A DNA stretch of 63,581 nucleotides, filler included, from Octopus bimaculoides (lineage: Eukaryota): assembly GCF_001194135.2 (NCBI RefSeq). It is 6 parts of 6 records of this genome, joined end to end, with 100 filler letters (N's around TTAATTAATTAA, not from the genome) between each part and the next. Parts side by side here need not be neighbours in the genome. Positions count along the whole stretch, not along the records: positions 10,118 to 41,193 come from NC_068994.1; 5 more parts are not named here. One strand, given 5' to 3'. A program made the position numbers and the translations under genes. Under the pieces are notes generated by a model. That model was not told the DNA's origin. It saw nothing but the letters and a program-made list of their open reading frames with translations, and searched no databases. Position 1 is the first letter of the stretch, and each line of letters starts with the position of its first letter. This document shows, piece after piece, positions 24,976 through 37,882 of the stretch.

Positions 24976-25368
24976 GTGGAGGCAGGCGCAATGGCCCAGT
25001 GGTTAGGGCAGCGGACTCGCGGTCATAGGATCGCGGTTTCGATTCCCAGACCGGGCGTTGTGAGTGTTTATTGAGCGAAAACACATAACGCTCCACGAGG
25101 CTCCGGCAGGGGATGGTGGCGAACCCTGCTGTACTCTTTCACCACAACTTTCTCTCATTCTTACTTCCTGTTTCTGTTGTGCCTGTAATTCAAAGGGTCA
25201 GCCTTGTCACACTGTGTCACGCTGAATATCCCCGAGAACTACGTTAAGGGTACACGTGTCTGTGGAGTGCTCAGCCACTTGCACGTTAATTTCACGAGCA
25301 GGCTGTTCCGTTGATCGAATCAATTGGAACCCTCGACGTCGTAAGCGACGGAGTGCTAACAACAACAA
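24976..25368 (+). mobile_element. tRNA-derived SINE family C, full length (head C + tail C)
   Basis: A box TGGCCCAGTGG, B box GGTTTCGATTCCC, ends gacggagtgct(aac)n. Close to the copy at 60850. Confidence 0.92.
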
Positions 25369-25719
25369 TACTTTGCATACCTCTTAACTATATCCAAGAA
25401 ACCCATTAACATATATTTAAGCATATTAACTTCCCACAGCGTTCCACGCACCCTATCGCATCAATAAAAGTGGCTTAAGGCTCTACGCCGCCAGCAAAGT
25501 AGATTAGCGACAAAAAAAAATCAATGAAATTTATAAATCCAAAAATCGATGGATAGTAATATGAAATTATTTAAATTTTATTATCATTTTCATAATGTCA
25601 TTAAACACATTTCCTATTTATATTTTTATTTATTCTACCATATTACGATATAATTCTCGTATAATATTGATTAATATATTATTATATTTTTCAATATTGT
25701 TTAATATATTATTATACAA

Positions 25720-26320
25720 GCGAAGTCGAGCCGCGTAGTAAGCAGTTTGTTTCCCATCCGCAGGGCCCCGGATTTTGTCTCACTGTGTGGGAGCTTGAAC
25801 AAGTGTCTTCTACTAGAACCTCCGGCCGATCAAAGACTTGTGAGAGAATTTAATAGACGGAAAATAAAGGAAGCCCGACGTATATGTGTGCGTATGTGTG
25901 AGTGTGTGTGTATACAGTCAACCGATGAGATTGTAAACACACTAACTCCGGCTATCAAGCACTGGTGGGGTCAAGTATGTACAAAAAACACACACACTCA
26001 CATATATATGTGTGTGTGTGTGTGTGTTATTGCATCAGTATTTGACCTCCAACAAACACAGACACAAAGTACACACGCACACTTACACACATGCAAACAC
26101 ACATATGTATGTATATGTGCGTTTGTCTTTGCATCTGCATTTGACCCCAGAAATACCTGACAACCAGTGTTGGTGTGTTTACGTTCCCGTCAGTTAGCGG
26201 ACGGAATAAGCGTCAGGATTAAAACGGCAACTACTGGGGTTGATACGTTCGACGAAAATTCTTCAAGACAATGCTGCAGTATGGCCGCAGCATAATGACT
26301 GAAACAGCCAGAATATGAAA
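25720..26320 (+). mobile_element. SINE family A, full degenerate copy with expanded internal microsatellite region
   Basis: Head 25720-25885 and tail 26150-26320. An inverted piece of the tail lies at about 25935-25990. Confidence 0.7.
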
Positions 26321-26667
26321 ATAAAAAATATATTTGTGTGCTCTGTATATATCTCCGTCACTTTCCAATATTTTATACGCTCTTCATAAAATATATTCAC
26401 TGTTTATCTTCTGATATTTTTCTCGATATATCGATATAATTAGTCAGTCCAATATACAAAAATGATAAACAATTCATGATTGAAAGGATAAACTATTTGT
26501 CAGTAAGGGTAATGCTATCGTTTCTGGTGTATAAGGTATTAAAATCTTATGTGATGTATATCAGAGCCATTAAAAGGGTAATTAAAAGTTTCATGTAATT
26601 AATATCAGTTAATGGGGTTAAGAGTATATGATCTATACAGATGAATAGATACACAGACGGATCGATC

Positions 26668-26709
<42 letters not shown>

Positions 26710-26836
26710 AAGATAGATACATAGATAGATAGGTAGATATAATTATATATATATATATATATTGCAAAAATATACACACACATTAAATACATGTATATAT
26801 GTATTCATTGATAGTTTTATATATATATATATGTAA

Positions 26837-26881
<45 letters not shown>

Positions 26882-27214
26882 TGTGTGTGTGCATGTATGT
26901 ATACATATGTATACAAAATACACATATTCATAAATGGTACACATACATGCACAAAAAACATATGTACACAGAGATATTATGTGTGTTGATTGTGTGCATA
27001 TATGTCTGTGCGTGAGTGTGATTCTCTGTGTGTGCATGTGTGTATGCGTGTGTGTGTGCGTGTGTATGTGTGCAATACATGGACACATAAATGTACTCAC
27101 ACTTGTCGATATTTTTGCAATGTATATAAATGTATGTATTCATATATATATATATATATATATATATGTTAATTCTCTAAATGAAGTATTAACAGTAACT
27201 GCACGATAAAGTGT

Positions 27215-27425
27215 AGTATATTGCCACTTAAGTGTGGCTGACCCCTAGGGGTGGATGTTACTGTTGCTTTTAGCCCCAGGAGGACATCTCCTCCAGCTGG
27301 CTTATCGACACACGACTGTGTCCTGTTTGCCAAGGGAGTTATCCCTCTCACCACGGCCAGCAGCACGAACGTATCCGGATTTCAGGGTTATTTCCCTTCG
27401 TCGGCGTTCAAATGACGTTATTTTA
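27215..27425 (-). mobile_element. Short structured hammerhead-bearing element (PLE pseudo-LTR / retrozyme-like)
   Basis: GC-richer island with successive hairpins (gccac/gtggc, acccc/ggggt, ggagg/cctcc, gacaca/tgtgtc, aggga/tccct) and a hammerhead at its 5' end. Confidence 0.6.
27367..27409 (-). ncRNA. Minimal type I hammerhead ribozyme
   Basis: Minus strand GAACG-CCGACGA-AGGG(AAATAA)CCCT-GAA-ATC(CG)GAT-A-CGTTC: 5-bp stem I, 4-bp stem II, palindromic stem III ATCCGGAT, AUA cleavage triplet, one core variant (U4C). Confidence 0.72.
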
Positions 27426-28522
27426 TATACATACATGGGTGTATATANNNNNNNNNNNNNNNNNNNNNNNNNNNNNNNNNNNNNNNNNNNNNNNNNNNNN
27501 NNNNNNNNNNNNNNNNNNNNNNNNNNNNNNNNNNNNNNNNNNNNNNNNNNNNNNNNNNNNNNNNNNNNNNNNNNNNNNNNNNNNNNNNNNNNNNNNNNNN
27601 NNNNNNNNNNNNNNNNNNNNNNNNNNNNNNNNNNNNNNNNNNNNNNNNNNNNNNNNNNNNNNNNNNNNNNNNNNNNNNNNNNNNNNNNNNNNNNNNNNNN
27701 NNNNNNNNNNNNNNNNNNNNNNNNNNNNNNNNNNNNNNNNNNNNNNNNNNNNNNNNNNNNNNNNNNNNNNNNNNNNNNNNNNNNNNNNNNNNNNNNNNNN
27801 NNNNNNNNNNNNNNNNNNNNNNNNNNNNNNNNNNNNNNNNNNNNNNNNNNNNNNNNNNNNNNNNNNNNNNNNNNNNNNNNNNNNNNNNNNNNNNNNNNNN
27901 NNNNNNNNNNNNNNNNNNNNNNNNNNNNNNNNNNNNNNNNNNNNNNNNNNNNNNNNNNNNNNNNNNNNNNNNNNNNNNNNNNNNNNNNNNNNNNNNNNNN
28001 NNNNNNNNNNNNNNNNNNNNNNNNNNNNNNNNNNNNNNNNNNNNNNNNNNNNNNNNNNNNNNNNNNNNNNNNNNNNNNNNNNNNNNNNNNNNNNNNNNNN
28101 NNNNNNNNNNNNNNNNNNNNNNNNNNNNNNNNNNNNNNNNNNNNNNNNNNNNNNNNNNNNNNNNNNNNNNNNNNNNNNNNNNATATATATATATATATCA
28201 TATATTCATATGTACATGTATGTATGGCTGTATGAGTATATATTTGTATCCATGTGCGTGTGTGTGTGTGTGTAGGTATATACGTATGCATAAAAAGAGT
28301 GAGACGGTGGAATGTGTCGTTATGTATGTATGTGTGTGATTTATTGGCAAACAGTATTGATTGTAATAGCCATATATGTACATACTTTTATACATACTTT
28401 ACATACGTACACATATACAGTCGCTCGGATCTGCAAAGTTACTAGTACATGCGTAAGTTTGTATGTTATAGTACGTGTTCTCATGTATATATTTGTATGC
28501 GTTTGTATATAAATATAAATAT

Positions 28523-28605
<83 letters not shown>

Positions 28606-29329
28606 GTGCTCGTGGTGGGGTGTCTGTGTCTGTGTGTGTGGTGTGTGTGAGTGTGCATCTCGGGAGTGTGGCGATAAATTTTTACTTTTGTTCCACTGAA
28701 ATATAACCGATCACGTAGAATCTATCACATAGAATCTTAAACATAGATTAGACGTCGTGATCAATAAGACAGTCCTACACCGATATTGCACTTATACACA
28801 CGCATACATACGCGCATACAGACAAACACAAACATACGCACACATATATGCACACACACACATATATACACACACACACATATATATACACGCACACTCT
28901 CAAACACACACATGCACACACATACACATATATGTATATATAAGTAGATAGAAAAGCGAAGGCCTTGGGTAAATGGATAGGTAGCTAATAACGTACCTTG
29001 GCTCTCACAGGTCATAATTCAAGTCGCAACACCGACCATCTATTCGAGTCATTTGCTGTGTAAGCGTTTCCTTACTTTATCCTATTCGGTAGATATATAT
29101 AGCTATAATATATAAATCTCTAAAGCTCATCCGTCTTTTGGACAATTTTGCTTTCATTTTTTAAGGAAGCGTTTACGTGCACAAATGCACTTGCACTGCC
29201 TTACATATACATAGATACACACATACACAAATACATAAAATTTACAGATATGTTTGGTTGTAATAATGATATATGTAAAGGAAAAACGAGTATTTAAGCG
29301 AGGGCTGAAAATCGAAAAATAGTTCCAGT

Positions 29330-29620
29330 GCTGGTTACAAATTTTGGCACAGGGCCAGCAATTTCGGAGGTGAGGGTCTAAGTCTCTTGCATCGACCCCA
29401 GTACTCGACTGGTACTTATTTTATCGATCTTGATGGGACGAAACGCATGTTCGACCCTGGCAAAATTTTATCTTAGAAAGTAAGGACGAAGTATTTTGCC
29501 TACCCCAGTACTCAACAGGTACTTATTTTATCAATCCTGAAAGGACGAAAGGCTAAGTCGAACTCGGTGGAATTGCTAGTTTCAATACTGGTTTCGAATT
29601 TTGGCACAAGGCCAGCAAAC
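29330..29620 (-). mobile_element. Two partial tandem SINE family B cores
   Basis: accccagtactc..ctggtacttattttatc occurs twice (about 29395 and 29503). Confidence 0.7.
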
Positions 29621-29650
29621 GTATACACATACATATATATACATACATAC

Positions 29651-29695
<45 letters not shown>

Positions 29696-29699
<4 letters not shown>

Positions 29700-29842
29700 C
29701 GACGGGCTTCTTCCAGTCTCTGTCTATCAAATCCACTCACAAAGCTTTCGTCGGCCCGGGGCTATAGCAGAAGACACTTACCCAAGGTGCCATGCAGTGG
29801 GACTGAATCCGGAGCTATGTGGTTGATAAGCAAGCTGCGCCT
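29696..29842 (-). mobile_element. SINE family A head
   Basis: acgacgggcttcttccag...ctatagcagaagacacttacccaaggtgccatgcagtgggactgaa, preceded on its own strand by (TATC)n. Confidence 0.85.
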
Positions 29843-29845
29843 ATA

Positions 29846-29899
<54 letters not shown>

Positions 29900-30409
29900 C
29901 GATAGATTCATACGCAAACAGGCAAATACGCACACGCACTCACATATACATATATGTATATATATATATATAGAAAGAAGCATATAAAGTTATAGATACA
30001 CATATTTATCTATTTGTCATACATATATAAACATTCAACTGCTAATTATTTATATGTTTATTGTGAAACAGAAATCAAGTCACGTGAATACATTCACAGT
30101 CATGCACCATACACTCAAGTCCAGAGACGCACACTCACACTCACTCACACTTAACGCTTGCACTCTCATGCGTCTGTAAGTATGAATTTAGGCCAGTTTT
30201 GTATTTATTTATATAGATGTGCGTTTTACATAGTACACTTAATTTGCTATTTAATTATTCATACCCATCTTGGTTTTTAATTTACAGTATCTAAATTGTT
30301 TATATTAGTTTAGAAGCTACAGGAACAACAACAACTATAACAATTACAACAACGTATGATTCAATAACAAAATCATCAAAATGTTAAACATTTACAACAC
30401 CACCGCCAT

Positions 30410-30470
30410 TATAAACAGCAACAACAACAACTACTACTACTACTATTATTACTACTACTACTACTACTAA

Positions 30471-30501
<31 letters not shown>

Positions 30502-30541
30502 AAGAAGAAGAAGAAGAAGAAGAATAGTAATAATAATAATA

Positions 30542-30593
<52 letters not shown>

Positions 30594-30691
30594 AACTAGA
30601 GCAATAACATGTGCAGACGCTGTAAAATCAAACGGAGATAAAAGTAATAAATATTGAAGTAGAAAAATAAACAGCGATATCAACAAAAATA

Positions 30692-30771
<80 letters not shown>

Positions 30772-31116
30772 AACAGTGACGATAATTATTTTTCCTTTGG
30801 TCACAAGGGCAGCAAATATATTCAAGACAATACGAAGACAAAGAACGCTGGAGATTTACATAGAAACGTGTAAACGATAAAAGAAAGAAGCACTTAACCT
30901 ACAAAATGCCCACTAGGGGAGGATATACCATCGAAGGGTTAACCAACGAGTCCCACAGAACCCAAACCAGCCTACTTTCTGAGATTACCATGACATAATG
31001 ATAACCATGATGGGGAGGATGAGGAAGGGGGTAATGAGAAGAAGAAGAAGAAGAAGAAGAAGAAGAAGAAGAAGAAGAAGAAGAAGAAGAAGAAGAAGAA
31101 GAAGAAGAAGAAGAAG

Positions 31117-31157
<41 letters not shown>

Positions 31158-31160
31158 CCC
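30410..31160. repeat. Trinucleotide microsatellite cluster (ACT, AAG, AAT, AAC)
   Basis: Read directly. Confidence 0.9.
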
Positions 31161-31634
31161 CAAGAATGTTGTGTAAGGCGAATTTCATGATGGAGTAGAC
31201 TAACACACGGATCCATGTTATACACCACAACAGCTATTGAGCATAACGTATATAGTCAGCACTATTTCGACACTATATTAGTGCATTCAGGACGAATTCG
31301 CAGTTATGTAAGAATTATAGAGATTAGAGCCTTTACAGTTTATTTCCAAGACTTTACAGCTTATTTCGAGCAACCAGAAACTTCTGTAGCACTAACACGG
31401 CAAGGATTTCTGAAAATTATCTGTAGTCCTCGAAACGGAGATCCTCTTGTATATGACAACCTGCTATTTGAAATTGGCATCAAAAGTTTCCCGGAGACTG
31501 TGCTCTCTCTTCCTCGTTACTTGCCCTCTACAGAATTCTGTAGAGCAATTTTATTGCCATCTTTTAATGACAAGTAGAGTGTTTTGAACGCTTTACAATA
31601 TTCAGATACCAGGCACCCGTTCTTTGTATTCGCT

Positions 31635-31850
31635 TGACTCAGATCATAAAGCCGAAAGAAATGCCACTAAGCATTTTGTCCGGCATGCTAACGGTTTTGG
31701 TAGCTCGCCGCCCCACATGAGATTAATAATGGTTTTCAAACGTGGAACAGGGTCAGCAGATTTTGAGGGGAGGGGAAGTCGACTATATTAACACTAATAT
31801 TTCACTAGTATTTTATGGACCACGCAAAGACGGAAAGCAGAGTCAACGTA
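31635..31850 (-). mobile_element. SINE family B head plus adjacent degenerate B tail
   Basis: ccactaagcattttgtccggcatgctaacggttttggtagctcgccgcc. Confidence 0.6.
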
Positions 31851-31889
31851 AAGCCGTTAAGAAATGCTACCAATAATTTAATCTGGCGT

Positions 31890-32145
31890 ACTACCGCACG
31901 TGGCTTAGTGGTTAGGGTGTCGGCATCATGATCGTAAGATTCTGGTTTCGATTCCTGGACCGGGCAACGCGTTGTGTTCTTGAGCAAAACACTTCATTTC
32001 ACGTTGCTCCAGTCCGCTCAGCTGGCAAAAATGAGTAACGCTTCGATGGACTGGCGTCCCGTCTAGCTGGGGAACACATACGCCATTGAAACCGGGAAAC
32101 TGGGCCCATGATCCTAGCTAGGCTTTAAAAGGGCGCAAAAAAAAA
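31890..32145 (+). mobile_element. tRNA-derived SINE, head D + tail E
   Basis: A box TGGCTTAGTGG, B box GGTTTCGATTCC, tail ccattgaaaccgggaaactgggcccatg...ggctttaaaagggcgca(A)n. Confidence 0.88.
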
Positions 32146-32214
32146 CTACCGGTTCTGCCATCTCACCGACCGATATGATGTTAACAATAAGAATAATGGT
32201 AATATATCGGGTCA

Positions 32215-32495
32215 AAGGAAGACGATTCAGCAAGTTCTTCCAGAACAAACTGAAAAGAGGATTTTTCATAGTAATTAAACGTTTGACTTCCACATAAGCT
32301 CACTCCCTCCATCACAACGAGGATGCCTGGACAGGTACACAAATGTGCCTCACGTCACATGCCGAAATGATCGCAAAGCAACGTAAAATAAAGCATTTTG
32401 CTCAAGAACACAATACACAGCCCGATCTAGGAATTGAAACAATGGTCTCAAGATTGTCAATGCAACACGCTAACCATTAGGCCATGATCCTTCAA
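32215..32495 (-). mobile_element. tRNA-derived SINE, head D + tail F, degenerate
   Basis: Shares cataagctcactccct and gatcgcaaag...ctcaagaacaca with 4588-4895. Confidence 0.7.
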
Positions 32496-32641
32496 AATCA
32501 TGACAATAAGCAGAGTGGATACAACATCAAGAAATACAACTATGGCTACTCATTAAATACGTAGATTTTCATTGTTTAATGGTTGTTTTTATTGCTATTG
32601 TTGCAGCCAGAAGTGACTTTGGTGGTGGCTGCTGCTACTGA

Positions 32642-32687
<46 letters not shown>

Positions 32688-33762
32688 GCTATTGTTGTTC
32701 TCTGCTTCTATATTTTATATTCGTGGCCACAAGAGAGCTATCTGTGAAATGATTTGTCTTAATCAATAATAAAGTCACAGTACTGACATCAGTCAACCAA
32801 ACTAAGCCACGTCAGCAAATATTTCGTTGGCAGCAGATACATACATGTTTATGGTGAGTGTGTATGTGTTTGCATTGGACGGTGCTACATTGCGACTGTG
32901 TTACACGATACTTGTCTTAGTATGTCTATAAGTATAGACAAAAACATTCTTGTATATCTGTAAATAAACACGCACATCTCACATATATATATATATANNN
33001 NNNNNNNNNNNNNNNNNNNNNNNNNNNNNNNNNNNNNNNNNNNNNNNNNNNNNNNNNNNNNNNNNNNNNNNNNNNNNNNNNNNNNNNNNNNNNNNNNNNN
33101 NNNNNNNNNNNNNNNNNNNNNNNNNNNNNNNNNNNNNNNNNNNNNNNNNNNNNNNNNNNNNNNNNNNNNNNNNNNNNNNNNNNNNNNNNNNNNNNNNNNN
33201 NNNNNNNNNNNNNNNNNNNNNNNNNNNNNNNNNNNNNNNNNNNNNNNNNNNNNNNNNNNNNNNNNNNNNNNNNNNNNNNNNNNNNNNNNNNNNNNNNNNN
33301 NNNNNNNNNNNNNNNNNNNNNNNNNNNNNNNNNNNNNNNNNNNNNNNNNNNNNNNNNNNNNNNNNNNNNNNNNNNNNNNNNNNNNNNNNNNNNNNNNNNN
33401 NNNNNNNNNNNNNNNNNNNNNNNNNNNNNNNNNNNNNNNNNNNNNNNNNNNNNNNNNNNNNNNNNNNNNNNNNNNNNNNNNNNNNNNNNNNNNNNNNNNN
33501 NNNNNNNNNNNNNNNNNNNNNNNNNNNNNNNNNNNNNNNNNNNNNNNNNNNNNNNNNNNNNNNNATATATATATATATATATATATATAGGTATACATTG
33601 TGCATACTTGTCAGTTTACAGAAATGGTTCGATGAACGTAAGTAGCCATATACAGTATTTATAGCTAGCAAGCCTGATTGACAGATAGATAGACCGACAG
33701 ACAAACAGACACACAAGCAAACAGACAGACAGTCATACAGACAGACACACAGACACAGATAT

Positions 33763-33802
<40 letters not shown>

Positions 33803-34494
33803 GATACTGGATGATTGGATAACGATTTTTGTGTACGTGTATAAACAAAGATAACTTTTATACATACATACATACATACATACATACATACATGTACATA
33901 CATACATATGTGTGTGTGTGCGTGTGTGTGTATAATTATGAACAAGAACTTACACAGTATGTACATACATATATCTATATAAATATATATGCATGTATGT
34001 ATGTATGCATGAAAGTTTTTGTGTATATATGCGAAATATACACTCGCACACACAAACATATATAACTTGACAGCAACTTTGATGTTAAGCTAATTACAGC
34101 GTGACGTTTTATTTGTGTTTAGATGTATTTAAGCATGCGTAATTATGTACACACACATACACGCACATATACACACACGTACACGCGCGCACACACATTT
34201 ATGTATGTATGTATGTATGTACATAAAGATTCATAGATAGGGGGAGTGAGAGAGAAAGAGAGAAACGGTGGATGCAATGTCCAGTTTTGGTTTAACTATA
34301 TTTCAGATACAAACAAAAAATAAGAAAATCTTCCGAAGTAAATGAATGATGTGTCTAAACGGCGTGTTTCAGTTTGTTTCTAAATCCAGTTTCTCTTCTC
34401 ACGAAGGCAAGACCTTGGAGTCCGACTTATATCGGCCGAGCTATGTATCTATCGATCTGTCTGGATGTCTTTTTGATTGTAAAGATTAACAGAT

Positions 34495-34498
34495 AGAC

Positions 34499-34569
<71 letters not shown>

Positions 34570-35215
34570 CAGCGAGTTGAGTGAGTGGTTGATCGATTCA
34601 TTCATTCATTGACTAATTGATTGATCTAATGAGTGAGTGAATGAGTGAGTGAGTGAGTGAGTGACTGAGTGAGTGAGTGAGAGATTTATTTATTGTTGGA
34701 AGGATAGACAGATTGATAGATAGATAGACTGAGTGAGTGATTATGGGAGTGAGTGAGTTAGTAAGTGATTGAGTGAGTGAGTGATTGAGTGAGTCAGTCA
34801 GTGAGTCAGTCAGTGAGTCAGTCAGTGAGTCAATCAGTCAGTCAGTCAGTCAGTAAAAAGGTGAATTGTTCATCGATTCATTCATTGACTGATTGCTTGA
34901 TTGATTAAGTGGCTGAGAGAGTGAGTGAGTGAGTGACTAACTGACTGACTGACTAAGTGAATGACTGAGTGAATGACTGAGTGACTGAGTGACTGAGTGA
35001 GTGACTGAGTGAGTGACTGAGTGGGTTAGTGAGTTAGTGGGTGAGTGAGTGACTGAGTGGGTGAATGAGTGAGTGGCAGAGTGAGTGAGTTATTGATAGT
35101 TGAATGGATAGACAGACATGGACAGAGTGGCAGGTACACAGACAGACAAGACATTCAGACTGACAGACAGACAGAAAGGTAGACAGACAGACAAACAGAC
35201 AGATAGATAGATAGA
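34495..35215. repeat. Patchwork of related tetranucleotide repeats (GATA, GAGT, GACT, CAGT, GACA)
   Basis: Read directly. Includes an 8-mer GAGTGACT run. Confidence 0.9.
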
Positions 35216-35573
35216 TTATGTAACACAATGCCTAAATACTAATCTTGAGTAATTAGGCTTCTGAAGACCAAAAAGGAGAAAGCAGACTCGAAGACTACAG
35301 ATCCAATCCATCACTGGAACTGTAGAAATCTGTAAAACTTTCCAGAAGTTTATCATTTAAATATATATTAGTATGTCTAGATATGCAACTATATGCATGA
35401 GAATACATACGTAAAACAAAGCATACAAATCTGCACATATACATACATACATAATACATACAAAAATACCTTGTTGTTGATGTTGAAAATCTAATGAAAG
35501 AGCCTTGGATGTAGATTAGAAACCGGCTCTTTCTCTATTGGCAAAAGATTTTGAAATAAAACTGAACAATGAC
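35215..35573 (+). mobile_element. R4/Dong-clade LINE 3' end (end of RLE domain + 3' UTR)
   Basis: Closely similar to 59250-59465 (gactacagatccaatccatcactggaactg...ccagaagtttatcatttaaatatata). Continues to gaaataaaactgaacaatgac. Confidence 0.8.
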
Positions 35574-36466
35574 GTACATACATATATATATATATATATT
35601 TATGCCTATGTATGATGTATATATGAATGTAGGTATGTATAAACATTTAAACGCCTCTCTGTATATTTCTGTATATTTTTTACATCTAATATTTCCAAAT
35701 GGATTTCAATCCCACTCACATATTAGAACGCTCTTTTGCTGTATATATTATCCCCCCTTTCATGAGCTCTTTTATTAGTGTGTGCAATCTATTCATGTTT
35801 AACATATACCATTCCAAAACGATTTTACTGCACGAGCGTGCGTAATTCTCATTTTTTTTCTAATTCGCTTATTAGCTTCAGTCTTTAATTTCCCTCTGAT
35901 ATCAGCATTCACTTCTATATGATTATTTCGCTTTCTCCGACCCCGTCATTAATTATATAAAATGTCCTCTTCATATTATTATTAAGTTACATACGTTCCT
36001 TCATTAATTCTCATTCAATAATAATCATTAATATTTAATTCTTTAACATTTTCTTATTTCATTTATTACCGATTTTAATAATAATCACATAACTAAAGTT
36101 TCTCCGATCTCGAATATTTTCGTTACTTTACATTGCCAAATATGTATGTATCCCAACTAAATTCATATTTACTCCATATTTATTTACGGTCCACTAACAA
36201 ACACTATTATCTTTAACTGACGGAAGTCTTAAGCTCAAGAATTTAGCCGCCCACGCGTTACTCTAAAATTAATTTTGATACCAATTATTTCCCTTGCCCT
36301 TCAAATAAAGCCTTTAATTTTAAGTTTAGGTCATTCACTGAATTGTGTAAGAAATGGCATTATGTAAATAGGGTGTTTTACGATATTACTTAGATCTGGG
36401 ATGTTCAACCATTTTTTTACTTATACACTCCTTTCATTATTCTTTTCTACTCTAGGTATAACGCAT

Positions 36467-36753
36467 GAACTTTTGGGGGAGGGGGCCAGTCGATTACATC
36501 GACCCCAGTAGGCAACTGGTATTTAATTTATTGACTCCGAAAGGATGAAAGGCAAAGTCGACCTCGGCGAAATTTGAACTCAGAACGTAAAAGACAGACG
36601 AAATACCACTATGCATTTCGCCTGGCGTGCTAAGGTTTCTTATTTCTTTATTGCCCACAAGGGGCTAAACATAGAGGGGGCAAACAAGGACAGACAAAGG
36701 GATTAAGTCAATTACATCGACGCTGCCCTAACCACTGGGCCATTGCACCTCCA
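36467..36753 (-). mobile_element. SINE B dimer remnant capped by a family C head
   Basis: Minus strand: 33 nt of C head, then B tail-1 ending gggcaataaagaaataa, then gaaaccttagcacg starting a B monomer with tail 2. Confidence 0.85.
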
Positions 36754-37526
36754 CTAACTGAGAGTAAACGAATAGGATATAATGTAACTAAACAACGACG
36801 ATATTCGACTCAGAAAAATTGTACGGCATCTATAAAAATGGTACTATTTCGTGTCCTACTTTCTAAACTTAAAAAGTAAAAGAAAACATCTCCAAATGTC
36901 AATACTTATAACTAACAACGAAAAGACGAAAAATACAAAGTTGAATATACGACAAATTAAGAAGAAAAAAATGTTGAGTTGTAAAAGGAAAAAAAATCGA
37001 TAAATATTCTCAACGTACCATCTACCAAACTACCTACGTACATATACATATAAATTAATAGCATCGATTTATATTTCGTCATAAAGCAAACGCGTTTTAT
37101 ATAATACATTAACAGCCATAGTCACAAGTCACAAGTCAGAAACACAGGACTGTCTTAAACACAACATACGCACAATCAGAGAATTGATTGTTAACTAACA
37201 ATAATAGCGTTCGTGCAACGTTTCAAAAATTGACAGAATTAACTGGAATGCCAATCGGAATTTATATGCTCCTTGGCATGACTTCAATCTACATTGGTAA
37301 TCGATAATGGTACTGTCTTCTTTTATTCGGAGGTTTGGAGTTGAAGTTTGATTGTCACACACAATGTCGAAAATCTTAATAAATTCTAAAATCTAAAAGT
37401 CTAAGGCCCTAAACGTATTGTTATACTGAGAGTTGAACTGACCTTCAGGCTAACCTATTTGCCTACTTGCTCATTTAAATACACACGCTCACAGACGTAA
37501 ACACATCTTTATGTATGCGTGTATTT

Positions 37527-37579
<53 letters not shown>

Positions 37580-37842
37580 TTTGCCTGTGTGTATACGGGT
37601 GCGTTTGTGTGCGTGTGTAAATAAGATTTACTACCTTCAGATATATGTTATTAAACAAAGTTGTCTGGAGACATTATATGTATATTAGATACATCGCTAG
37701 GCAGAGAGACAGACAGACAGACAAACAGACAGACATACATACAGACAGACAGACAGACAGACAGATAGATAGTGAGAGAGAGAGAAAGAGGAGAGAGAGA
37801 TGGATGGATGAATGGATGGATGGATGGATAGACAGACTGAGT

Positions 37843-37882
<40 letters not shown>

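Noticed and set aside
24976-25060. tRNA genes at SINE heads (also 8869, 31890, 39974, 60850)
   Set aside because: A and B boxes are present, but there is no proper cloverleaf or terminator and each continues into a SINE body.
27230-27310. HDV-like ribozyme in the structured element
   Set aside because: P1/P3/L3 pairings could not be made to fit on either strand.
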